A DNA stretch of 64,000 bases from Octopus sinensis (GCF_006345805.1 NC_043013.1:5208001-5272000), one strand, 5' to 3'; counted from the first letter of the stretch, positions 23,948-36,201 are shown. Program-made: numbers and translations. Notes: a model not told the origin generated them from the letters alone.

Positions 23948-26900
23948 TAATTGAGGTTGCTGTTAAAATATCTGGATAATTTGGTGTTTAATAATCAATA
24001 TTCTTTTCCCTGTTGAATTCCAAGTCAATTTTCCCCACACAAATGTTTAATTTGATATTTTTCGATTTTCAAAAAGTAACGTCTAAACTGGAGTAAAATA
24101 AATAACAACTAATTTCAATAATTCCTCCTCTTTAACTGCATGATGCATAAATATATTGCCAATTCTGGAGAATTGAAGCGGAAAATTTACCTTATTTGGT
24201 CTTATTCATTTTACCTCATCTAAATTTGTCTTTATATGCTCAAAGAGAAGAGTCAAGTGCTCCCTGCCTATATATATATATAGAGAGAGAGGTGGGGAGA
24301 TGTTCATTCTTTCACTTGTTTCAGTCATCTGACTGTGGCCATGCTGGAGCATTGCCTTTAGTCGAACAAATCGACCCCAGGACTTTGTAAGCCTAGTACT
24401 TATTCTATCGGTCTCTTTTTGCCGAACCGCTAGATTACGAGGACGTAACCATCGGTTGCCAAGCGATGGGGGGGGGACAAACACAGACACGCAAACATAT
24501 ATATATATGTGTGTGTGTGTGTGAAGGCGCATGGCTCAGTGGTTAGAGCGTCGAGCTTACGATCGTGAGGTTGTGAGTTCGAATCCCGGACCGGACTGCA
24601 TGTTGTGTTCTTGAGCAAGATACTTTATTTCACGTTGCTCCAGTTCACTCAGCTGTAGAAAAAATAAACAAATTTGGGAGAAAATTGGGAGAAAATGGGG
24701 TGGGGGACTGGCGGAAATCTTTCCAAATCCACTCAAAAGGCTTTGGTCGGCCCGGGGCTACACTAGAAGACACTTGCCCAAGGTGCTACGCAGTGGGACT
24801 GAACCCGGAACCATGTGCTTGGTAAGCAAGCTACTTACCACACACACAACCGCTTCTGTGCCTATGTTGTGAATTTTGGTTAATGTTTACATCTTGACCC
24901 GGAAATGAAAATCCAACAAAAATATTGGAATGGGTGTAAAACGATGAGTTGGAAACGAACATGAAAAAAAATGTGCCCAGAGCAAGCGGAGGGTGGGGAG
25001 AGGACCTCTGAAAATTTACAAAATCCGAGTTTTTTCCTTTTAACTTTTAGGAAAATGGAATTTTTTCAATGAAATTTTATAGAAATACCTTTCAAATGGC
25101 ATACATTACGATTATAAAGAAATTTGTGGGGAAAATCTTTTCCAGGGAAAGGGGGGGGGGACTTTGGAAAATTCACAAGATCCGAGTTTTTCCTTATAAC
25201 TGTGTGTATATATATATATGTATATATATGTGTGTTTGTGTGTGTATATATACATATGTTTGTTGACAAACATATATATACATATGTTGGTATAACAAAA
25301 CATAGCCACTGCTTATTATTTATCTACCAAATAAACTATGTCTTTCACTCAACAACTTTTTTTTAAAGCTAAAATAACCTCGATGACTACACAGGTCGCA
25401 CAATTCTGAGGTCATTTTCAGACAATATTTCAATTTGCTTCTAATGTTTCACTTTCGTCCGACGTTTCACGCGCATGCATAGAATTCTACTCGGACAAAC
25501 ATTTATGAAAATGTACACATAAATATTGTATTAAAAGACAGCCATTCCTCTATATGTTATGAGGAAATACAGTCACTCTCTCTCTCTCTCTCTCTCATAC
25601 ACAGAAAAGATGTATGCATATGTATTTATGGGCGAAAATAAAGAATACGCACACCCAATGTTTAGGGTTAGGGTTACGTCGAAATTGAGTGATGTACATA
25701 TTCTTTACATCCGTGTATTTATGTATGTGTATGTGTGAGAGAGAGTGAGTGAGTGACACATACATGCAAAAAAATTTTATGCATCACAACACACACCTTC
25801 TCTCTCTCTCTCTCTCTCTCACTCACATGTCCATTTCATATACACATACATCTTTCACTTTCTCCTCTCACTTCAAAGCAAATGTCACTTTTTTACTTTA
25901 TCCTCTCTTTCAATTTCTGCTCTATTCAAAGCATAAAGAAATTAAATTAATTTTATGGAAATTAACGAGCAATAATATGATCCCACATATGTCGAGTTGA
26001 CAACTTTGCTTCTTCAAATGAAAGAATGCTATAAAATAACTTCCTTTGATATGCACACACACACACACACACACATGCACACACACATATACACACTCTA
26101 GGTAAAACTTCTGTGCAAATTATGTTAATTCTTGCAGTGTGAACAAGCAAATTTAAAGATCACATCCAATTGAAATGATCATTTTCTATTGTATCAAACA
26201 ATAACCTTCATTATGCCATTATCTGTATATCAGTGGTGCCGATTCTGCCCATAAGAAAGGAGCAAATAATACAATGTGCCTGTAAGTCATAACACCTGGG
26301 CAACGCCAGGATGCATTGCTAGTGTATAATAAGTATGGTACTTTCAGCTATTGTAGTGTAGCGAGTAACAAGCAAGTTGTAAAAGGCGGTAATATCACGT
26401 AATGGTTATGTTGCCCGAACAAGTATAATTGTTGGTTTCCCATATTTGAATTCTAAACTTTCGTCAAAGAGAATTCTTTCACAAAATACGGTTCTTAGAA
26501 TTCAGGTATGAGCAGTTATAAAAACCCTGATTTTTGAGAAATTAATCAGTGATCGTTGGCTGTTGATAAACCCCACGACACTCACTCCTTTGAGATATTG
26601 GCTATTTTTATGCCATGTCTGTTACTTAAATCCAACACAACTTATTTGAATTGTTGTGTAAACTCTGATAGTTTAGTATGAAGGAATTAGGTAGTAATAA
26701 ATTTATGTCGTAACTCTCTTTGACAAATTGCCTTACTTCCAAATGTACTGTAAATATCAAATGTATATAAATAAACCAATGTAGTAAATATTTTCTTTTC
26801 CTTCACTTCTTCCCAACCTGTCAATGAAATTTATTTCTGCAATTATGAAACTGTTTTTCTAGCAGTGAAAAAGAACACAAACTTATCTTCAACATACATG

Positions 26901-28189
26901 TGCATACAATATGTCCTTTCAAGTGTCTTCATCATCATCGTTTAGCGTCCGCTTTCCATGGTGGCATGGGTTGGACGGTTCAACTGGGGTCTGTGAAGCC
27001 AGAAGGCTGCACCAGGCCCAGTCTGATCTGGCAGTGTTTCTACGGCTGGATGCCCTTCCTAACACCAACCACTCCATGAGTGTAGTGGCTGCTTTTTACG
27101 TGCCAGACGAGGCTGGCAAACGGCCACGATCGGATGGTGCTTTTTACGTGCCAGACGAGGCTGGCAAACGGCCACGATCGGATGGTGCTTTTTATGTGCC
27201 ATATATATATACTTTCCACTATGGCACTTATGTAGCTTGAGTGCAGATTTATGTATAGTGATAATACTTATAAGTAAGTTATAAGTGACAGGTTTATCAA
27301 TATAGATTCTTAAGAAAGAAAATATATTTATTATCTATCTCAGTAGAAACCACATAGATAAGATAATACACCACATCGTAAAAGTGGTACCCAATCAGCC
27401 GTTATAACAACCCACCGTTACAGTAGTATTGCAATTTTTATGTGAGTATGTGGCTGTTTTCAGGTTAGTGTGTTGGCACATGTTGTTGAATGCATAGTTT
27501 CAAAAGGATTGCAAAAGACAGAATTAAAACTACAGACTCTGTTTTGATTATTTTATCTTACTGCTGTTATCACCTCAAAAGTTATGAAATAGTTGATAGT
27601 CATCCTGTAGTTAATACTTTGACCTATAAAATAAACTCCCACCAGTTTATATCTTGATTTTATTTTGATTTACTTTTATTAAGATTTATTGACTTAAGCC
27701 TTTCGTTACTGTATTTATTTTGAGATGCTTTGTGTTTCATTCAATTACTTTAAATATAACAAAGAATTTAGTAAAATAACTTAGTTACCATTCAGCTTGT
27801 ATTAGGAACATAAATTGTGACTAAGGTTTGGTGGAAGATTTTGATTCAAAACTTATGAAAATAAGACATTTGTACAACAGAGCCAGAGCTGGTTTCAACT
27901 GGGTTGGTAACAACAGGGTTAAAGTCTACAGGAGATAACAATATGTGTTTAGTCTATTTACATGTAACAAGGAGACTTCTTTATGCATTCAAAAATGGTT
28001 TATTTGTTACATTAATAGGAAAGGGGTTTATGAATCACAATTAATGGAGACATTCCGATGAAACAGCATCATATGACACATACAGAAAGTCTGTCCAGAA
28101 ACTCTGCATTTGGACTAATTTTTACATATCAAATATATACACATATATATATACATAGATGCACATATACATGTATGTATCTGTATATA

Positions 28190-28340
28190 TAGGTAGAAAC
28201 TTCATAAGATGTACCCGGTGTAAGCTATGGACACATAAGAAGAGCAGCAATATCAGAGGAAGGTTAACAGGGAAAACAGCTTTTGTGTGTGGAAGATACA
28301 CAGGTAGAATAAACATATTTTCCATAGAACAAGGTCTGAA
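28190..28340 (+). mobile_element. RTE-type LINE internal fragment (Cys/His PHD-like motif)
   Basis: GRNFIRCTRCKLWTHKKSSNIRGRLTGKTAFVCGRYTG resembles the PHD-like insert of invertebrate RTE ORFs. No splice context. Confidence 0.6.
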
Positions 28341-28914
28341 GGACGCCCAGTGTAACAGCATACCTTTTATGCTCGTCTGATGAAGTGCCTCTCCAATGTC
28401 TAAAACCATAAATATTACATGATTTTTCATCCAGAATTTTTGTGTAAACCTCCTCTGGCCCCTGTGCTGGTGGCACGTAAAAAGCACCCATTACACTCTC
28501 GGAGTGGTTGGTGTTAGGAAGGGCATCCAGATGTAGAAACACTGCCAGATCAGACTGGAGCCTGCTGCAGACTCCTGGCTTCCTAGACCCCAGTTGAACC
28601 GTCCAACGCATGCCAGCATGGAAAACGGATGTTAAACAATGATGATGATGATGATGGTGTTGCGAATGGAGATGCCACAGAAACATTTGTAATTTATAAT
28701 TAAAGATGTTAAAGAATTTTCTTTGTCTTCTTTTCATTGGATTATTTACTCTTTGCCAATCCCATATATGGCAGTATAATTGTCTTGAAACTTTCATTTT
28801 GCTACACCTGAAGTATTATGGCTTTGGCTTGGATCCTGACAATGTTGATAGCCCAGTATTCAAGTCAAGTGCTTCTCTGGAAATACACAACTTCACATCC
28901 AACCTGGCCAAAGC

Positions 28915-29290
28915 TGGATGTGTGGTAAGTAGCTTGCTTACCAACCACATGGTTCTGGGTTCAGTCACATCGCGTGGCACCTTGGACAAGTGTCTTCTAT
29001 TATTTCCTCAGGCCGACCAAAGCCTTGTGAGTGGATTTGGTAGATGGAAACTGAAAGAAGCCCATCGTATGGGTATATATATATGTGCGTGTGTGTGTGT
29101 GTTTGTCCTCCCTCCCAACATCACTTGACAACCGATACTGGTGTGTTTACGTCCCCGTAACTTAGCAGTTCAGCAAAAGAGACCGATAGAATAAGTAGTA
29201 GGCTTACAAAGAATAAGTCCTGGGGTCAATTTGCTCGACTAAAGGCAGTGCTCCAGCATGACCACAGTCGAATGACTGAAACAAATACAA
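28915..29290 (+). mobile_element. SINE family 1
   Basis: Matches consensus. Confidence 0.85.
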
Positions 29291-30750
29291 GTAATCCTTA
29301 AAATCCTTAAATCCTTAAAAATGTTTTAGCCCGAAGGCCGTGGCCATGCTGGGATGAAGAAAAAATGCACATTTTGTAGAGGACATCACCAACAAGTGAA
29401 AAATATGTAAACACAATGAGGGACAAGTACAAGACAAAATACCACAAGAATATAACTCTTTATCAGTTGCTGACTTTATTACTCCCTATTTTGTGCTTTT
29501 AACAACAGTATAGGGAACATCAGAAGACAGCAGTATTTCTGTCTTCCAGATCCACTCACAAAACATTTAGTTGGCCTGGTGCTATAGTAGCAGACACTTG
29601 TCCAAGGCGCCATGTGGTGGGTCAGAACATGGGACTACATGATCAAACCTTTCATTACTGTATTTATTTTGAGATGCTCTGTGATTCTTTCAATTATTTT
29701 AAATATAATAAAGAATTTAGTAAAATAAGTTATCTTTAAGCTAGTGTTAGGAACATAAATCGTGACTAAGGTTTGGTGGAAGATTTTAATTCAAAACTTA
29801 TGAAAACAACGTATTTGTACTCAGAACCAGAGCCAGTTTCAGCCAGGTTAAGAAACCTGCTTCTTTAACCCTTTTGTTACCAACAAAAGGGTTAAAGAAG
29901 CAGGTTTCTTAACCACACCTCCATATGGTATGCCTAAAATGTCTCATTTAACCTTCCTTATTTGTCTGATGTGAATCAGTGACTCCCAATGTGTTCAGTC
30001 TTGTGAACTTCTTTTATTTTATGAATAGCAGAGAATATAAGTCATTTGACCGATTTTTCTCATGCTTTGAAAGAGCTCTCTGCTCACTGACATTTTATAA
30101 ACTAACAAAAAAACTTGTGTCCTTAGTTCCATCTCTCAATTAAAAGACCTATATGACTGAATAAGGATATATAGATCCTTCTTTGTTTTTTTTTACCTGT
30201 TTCAGTCATTTGACTGAGGTCATGCTGGTGCACTGCCTTTAGTTGGTCAAATCAACCCCAGGACTTATTCTTTGTGAGCCTAGTACTTATTCCATCGATC
30301 TCTTTTGCCAAACCGCTAACTTACAGGGACATAAACACACCAATATTGGGTGTCAAGCGATTGTGAGGGGAACAAACACAGACACACAAACATACACACA
30401 CACATACACACACACACACAAACATGACGGGCTTCATTCAGTTTCCTTCTACCAAATCCACTCACAAGGCTTTGTTCGGCCTGAGGCTATAATAGAAGGC
30501 ACTTGCCCAAGGTGTCACACAGTGGGAATGAACCCGGAACCATGTGGTTGGAAAGCAAGCTTCTTTATTTCATTAAATTTGCCACAAGGGCAGCACACAG
30601 AGAGAAGCTTGAGGGCTAGACAGAGACATTAATGGGATGAATAGTGATGATACAAGGATGATAAGGATGGGAGGAGACGAAAAGCACCCGCTGACTTTCA
30701 CTTCTCTAAAACATTGTTCTTTTTTTCTTTTTTTTTTTTAAACACAATGA

Positions 30751-31148
30751 TAGGCGCAGGAGTGGCTGTGTGGTAAGTAGCTTGCTAACCAACCACATGG
30801 TTCTGGGTTCAGTCCCACTGCGTGGCATCTTGGGCAAGTGTCTTCTGCTATAGCCCCGGGCCGACCAATGCCTTGTGAGTAGATTTGGTAGACGGAAACT
30901 GAAAGAAGCCTGTCGTATATATGTATATATATATGTGTATGTGTGTGTTTGTCCCCCTAGCATTGCTTGACAACCGATGCTAGTGTGTTTACGTCCCCGT
31001 CACTTAGCGGTTCAGCAAAAAGAGACCGATAGAATTAGTACTGGGCTTACAAAGAATAAGTCCCGGGGTCGATTTGCTCGACTAAAGGCGGTGCTCCAGC
31101 ATGGCCGCAGTCAAATGACTGAAACAAGTAAAAGAGAGTAAAAGAGTA
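30751..31148 (+). mobile_element. SINE family 1 nested in the 3'UTR of the ORF1-only element
   Basis: Full length, AATGA duplicated at 30746-30750 and 31149-31153. Confidence 0.9.
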
Positions 31149-31261
31149 AATGAGGCAATAAACCTCTTAAACAGTACAAAATTAAAAATAAAACACAAAC
31201 ACAAGGTAATAATCCTCTCACTTTTTGCATTTTTAGTCCCTTTTTGAGGTAATACACCTCT

Positions 31262-32456
31262 TCAATTTTTCCGCCCGGCCAGGCTCCTCGCTTCATCAGA
31301 GCACCTGGTCCATTCCGAACTTAAAGGTTTCAACATAAATCTGAAGGAGTCCTTCTGGAAGGAGTTCGTTATCTTCCATAAATCGTTCTCCCACATGACC
31401 TCCGCAGCCACCTGCGAAGGCCACTCAGGGTCCTCCGTGTAGGACAGAAGCCCCTCCCACCGGCACTTCCTTTCAATTTTTTTATATTTCATTTTGCAAG
31501 GTTCCTCCTTTGTGGAAGAGGACTAAAAATTTCTCCTCCAGCAGCACACCCACCAAAGGAGAATCGGGACACGCCGGCAGCGTGTCACAATCCGCTGGCA
31601 ATGTCCAGTTTTTCTTTTTTCTTTTCTTTTTCCCTTGGGCTGTGGAGGATGGTGTTCCCTTGCTGTGTCCAGTAGGTCCTCCTTTTCTCCCGCAGCTCTC
31701 GGGTTCTTCGGTGGGCAACCATTGTCGCCCACCTTTCGCTTTCGTTTTTTCAAGGAGTGGAAACCTCCTCGACATCCTCCTCCTTCTCTCCCTCCATTGA
31801 GGGAGAAGGGAGTGGTTCCTCTGTTAACTGCTCCAGGATCCTATTTTGGTCCTTGGGGCAGTTTTTCTTGATGTGGCCGGTCTCCAGGCACAGGTGACAC
31901 TTGGCGGGGGGCGTCCCTCGAGTATCACTGGATACCTAGACCCAGCCATCCTCAAAAAATCTGGGAAAACCAGACTTTCGGCTGATTGGGTCCATAGGAT
32001 CAACACAGCTTTTGACCCCTCCCAATCAGCCGTAGGCAAAATTTTTACGTTGAGCAGCTTGGTACTGCTACCACCCAGACCCTGGCGGATAGAGTCCTCT
32101 ATCCACTCGGGCTCAATTCCGGGTGGCAAGCCGCAAACCCAAGCCCTCGTTAACTTCTTTCCACAATAACTAGGAAGAAACATTATTTCCTTCCCCTCGA
32201 GGGGCCGGCTTGCAAAATCGCAAGCTTCTTTGGGGCAGTCAAATAGCAACCAGACCGTTGCAAATTTGACTCCCCGTGAAATAAATTTAATAGCTGGCAT
32301 GTATTCTGCCAGCTCTTTCAAAATTGTGGCTTTCGGGAAGACGGTTATGGTATCGAGCGACTTTGAATAAGTCCTCAACACCACCGTCTTCCTTTCGAGC
32401 TCTTTTAGCCATGATTTGGGAGGCGTTGATTTCCACACTAATATTTCCTTTGCCAT
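31262..32456 (-). pseudogene. Disrupted gag-like ORF1 (RRM-like + Cx2Cx4Hx4C knuckle + PEWPxQVAA C-terminal domain)
   Basis: ORF-track segments 31824..32483 and 31262..31492, plus the knuckle frame starting at 31902. Frameshifts and stops lie between them. Confidence 0.8.
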
Positions 32457-33040
32457 TTTTTTTTTTTTAAATAAAAAGTTCAAATACAGTTCGTCAATAC
32501 GTTTTCAAATAAAGAAAAATACACAAAAAAAGAAAGAAGACACAATAGAAGGGAAGAAAAAATTTAAATAACAGTTCAAATAAAGTTCTTTTTTTTTTAA
32601 AATAAATGATGGCTGTGAAAAGAGAGTTCAAATCCAGGCAAAGAAATAAATTTTCGGCCGAAATGTACTCCTGGCCAATCCTTTTAATCCACGTGGGCAC
32701 AAAAATTTTCAAATACAATTTCTCACTATTATGCGAGACAACACACACGTCTCCACCGCAAGGCAGACAAAAAGCTTCGAATCCAGTAAGGACTCCCTGC
32801 CTGTTCAAAAAAATAAAACCAACAGGCAACAAATCCTACCGGACTCAAAAAGCAAAAAGTCTTACCTTACAGCGTCTTTCAGTTCAACTTCCGCCAGCTG
32901 CATACCAGCGTGACGACTTCAACAGGTGCGTGAAGAACACTGTTTTTGTTCTTTTTTCGTTTTAGGAAAGAGCTCAAGTTACAATGTCCTCTCTGTTCAA
33001 CCGGAAGCAAGCTTCTTACCACACAGCCATTCCTGCACCT

Positions 33041-33910
33041 CCGGATTCCCGTTTGCGCCGTGAACAGGAATTAATCTTCTCTCTTCGCTCTTTTACGCCA
33101 TTTGGTCTCAACTCTCCCCCCTCCTCATCTAACCCTCCTCATCTAACCTCCCCCCGACCCCTACTTCTCTTCAGTCCTTCATTCTTTCACCCCTACTCCT
33201 CTTCCCTTCTTCCCTCTTTCTTCTTCCCTCTTCCCCTTCCCTCTTTCTCTCTCCTCCCTCACTCCCCTTCTCTCTCTCTCTCTCCTCCTCTCCCTCTATC
33301 CTCCCTCCTCTTCTCCTCTCCTTCCTTCTCCCCCTTCTCTCCCCTCTTCTCCTCTCCTTCCTTCTCTCCCTTCCCCTCCTCTTCTCCCCTTTCCTTCTCC
33401 CCCCTCACCCTCACCCCTCATCTCTCCTCTCTCTCCCCTTACCTCCCCCCTCTTCCCCTCTCCCCTCATCTCCTCTCTCTACACTACACCATACGACTTT
33501 ACACATCACATCATATATACATACACACGTCCAGACCTCTCATACGCACTAATACTCTCTCATACACACACACACTCTTATGTTGGGGCGAGGTCATTTA
33601 ACCCTATTATCTCCCCTAATTTCGCTCTTGCGTCTCACGTTTGATCTTTGACTTCTGGCCGAAATCAGATCGCCATGTTGATTCACTAGCCTCTGCACGC
33701 ATTTTTTTTTCTCTCCTTCTTTCTGTGTTTCTTTTCTGTGTATCTTTCTGTTGAAGAGCGTAGGCTCGAAACGTTAAAGACTTGTTTTATTTATATTTCC
33801 TGAGTGCCATACTAATACAATTGTTTGTTTGTATTCCACCTGCCTTCGTCTTTTGTTTATTTCCGTAAACCTGCCTTCGTCTTTTGTCTATTTTCATAAA
33901 GCTTCCCGTT
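33041..33910 (+). mobile_element. Penelope-like element 3' end: GIY-YIG C-terminus, pyrimidine tract, terminal repeat with degenerate hammerhead (33743-33780)
   Basis: RLRREQELIFSLRSFTPFGLN motif, then TCTTT-CTGTTGA-AGAGC(GTAG)GCTC-GAAACGTT^AAAGA. Confidence 0.75.
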
Positions 33911-33966
33911 ATATATATATATATATATATATAGGTGCAGGAATATGTATGTCTATGTGTATGTAT

Positions 33967-34366
33967 ACTCTTACTCTCTCTTTTACTCTTTTACTTGTTT
34001 CAGTCATTTGACTGCGGCCATGCTGGAGCACCGCCTTTAGTCGAGCAAATCGACCCCGGGACTTATTCTTTGTAAGCCCAGTACTTATTCTATCGGTCTC
34101 TTTTGCCGAACCGCTAAGTGACGGGGACGTAAACACACCAGCATCGGTTGTCAAGCAATGCTAGGGGGACAAACACACACACATACACACATATATACAT
34201 ATATACGACAGGCTTCTTTCAGTTTCCGTCTACCAAATCCACTCACAAGGCATTGGTCGGCCCGGGGCTATAGCAGAAGACACTTGCCCAAGATGCCACG
34301 CAGTGGGACTGAACCCGGAACCATGTGGTTGGTTAGCAACCTGCTTACCACACAGCCACTCCTGCA

Positions 34367-34370
<4 letters not shown>
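33967..34370 (-). mobile_element. SINE family 1
   Basis: Matches consensus. Confidence 0.88.
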
Positions 34371-34404
<34 letters not shown>

Positions 34405-34409
<5 letters not shown>

Positions 34410-35285
34410 TCATCATCATCATCGTCGTTTAACGTCCGTTCTCCATGCTAGCATGGGTTGGACGGTTCGACCGGGGTTCTGGGAAGCCAGAAGGCTGCAC
34501 CAGGCTCCAGTCTAATCTGGCAATGTTTCTACAGCTGGATGCCCTTCCTAACGCCAACCACTCCGTGAGTGTAGTGGGTGCTTTTTACGTGCCACCTGCA
34601 CAGGTGCCAGGCGGGGCTGGCAACGGCCACGGTCAGATTGGTGTATTTTATGTGCCACCGGGACGGAAGCCAGTCGAGGCGGTGCTGGCATCGGCCACGG
34701 GTCGGATAGTGCTTTTTACGTACCACCAGACCAGGGATCCTGGCTGGTTCAATTCGATTTCGATTTCGCTTGCCCCAACATGTCTTCACAAGCAAAGGGG
34801 GTTGGCATGGGTGCCTGTCGTACGGTCGCATTGGAGTATTTTACGTGCCACGGCCACGAGTCGGATAGTGCTTTTTACGTACCACCAGACCAGGGATCCT
34901 GGCTGGTTCAATTCGATTTCGATTTCGCTTGCCCCAACATGTCTTCACAAGCAAAGGGGGTTGGCATGGGTGCCTGTCGTACGGTCGCATTGGAGTATTT
35001 TACGTGCCACGGCCACGAGTCGGATAGTGCTTTTTACGTACCACCAGGCCAGGGATCCTGGCTGGTTCAATTCGGTTTCGATTTCGATTTCGCTTGCCCC
35101 AACATGTCTTCGCAAGCATGGGGGGTTGGCATGGGTGTCTGTCGTCGGATGAGGTTCTATATCGACTTCGCTTGCCTCAACCGGTCTTTGTGTCCAAGGG
35201 AGGAAAGGCATTCATAAGTGGGCTGGGCTCACTTGTCCTGCCTGGTCTTCTCACGTACAGAATATTTCCAAAATATATATATAGT
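34405..35285 (-). mobile_element. RTE-derived 3'UTR element with modular repeat array and (GAT)n tail
   Basis: Ends ...CGGACGTTAAACGATGATGATG on the minus strand. Contains repeated GTGCTTTTTACGTGCCACC modules and a 133-bp tandem duplication. Confidence 0.75.
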
Positions 35286-35383
35286 TAATCCAAACAAGAA
35301 AACAAAAACAAAAAAACAACAACGCAAGGACATGGAACAAATAAAGTATTATTGGACGCTCAGGAAAGAAGGGAAGAAGGAGG

Positions 35384-35418
35384 GTTTGACGTTTCGAGTG
35401 GAGCTCTTCATCGGAAAC
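35384..35418 (-). ncRNA. Hammerhead motif, same family (core U4 mutated)
   Basis: GTTT-CCGATGA-AGAGC(TCC)ACTC-GAAACGTC^AAAC within a repeat at about 35285-35480. Confidence 0.6.
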
Positions 35419-35550
35419 AAGGAGAAGGAAAGATCTCGAGAAGGGAAGACAGGGGAAAAAAATCGCTAGTGATACAGACGAGGTCACATACCACGTGAAT
35501 GTGACCTATATATATATATAGGTGCAGGAATATGTATGTCTATGTGTATG

Positions 35551-35590
<40 letters not shown>

Positions 35591-36039
35591 GACATACATA
35601 TTTACAGATGCATGCGCACACATTCTTATGTATACCTGTATAGACTTTCAAACACACACACACATATATTTATGTATATATTTTGAAAAGTTAACTATTG
35701 GCTTTACACCTACAAATCACTTATAAGTATACACAACTTGTCAAACTCAAATGGCTAACAATTTTGATGCGTCACCTATACCATTAAGTGCTTTATAGGT
35801 ATGGAACCAATGGTTACTCTGTGATTTGCAATAGCTCTTAATTTCCTAAAAAGGACATTACTGTTTTAGAGTATGTTTCTTTTTCGGAAATATGAACTAC
35901 TGACGACATATATATATATCACTGGGATCACCATGACCGACCAGGTTATCAGATGTTGCTACACATCGCTGGTCACAATGCGCTTCGCATTGTTTTAGCC
36001 TTCAAATGACGCCACCATGCTAGCTAAGCGAGTAGGTCA

Positions 36040-36092
<53 letters not shown>

Positions 36093-36093
36093 C

Positions 36094-36142
<49 letters not shown>

Positions 36143-36201
36143 CATATATATGTATACATATATATATATATATACATATATGCATATATATATATATATA
36201 A

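Larger units (their letters stand above)
30566..33004 (-). mobile_element. Tx1/L1-like ORF1-only non-LTR element (about 2.04 kb without its nested SINE), inserted in a SINE head
   Basis: Perfect 13-bp TSD AAGCAAGCTTCTT (30553-30565, 33005-33017). About 550-nt 5'UTR, ATG 32456, RRM-like region, CHLCLETGHIKKNC zinc knuckle after a frameshift near 31903, C-terminal domain ending 31262, then 3'UTR. No EN or RT. Confidence 0.85.
30193..33040 (-). mobile_element. SINE family 1 interrupted by the full-length ORF1-only element
   Basis: Head 33005-33040, body 30193-30565. Confidence 0.85.

Noticed and set aside
24525-24600. tRNA-like sequences (here, 41196, 49121 and SINE heads)
   Set aside because: No complete acceptor stem, and they run into repeat bodies: SINE heads, not tRNA genes.
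32984-33601. 205-aa Ser/Pro/Leu-rich ORF
   Set aside because: Mostly a pyrimidine tract; only the short GIY-YIG C-terminal motif is meaningful.
34445-35152. 235-aa ORF with internal repeats
   Set aside because: Antisense reading of the RTE 3'UTR module array; no domain motifs.
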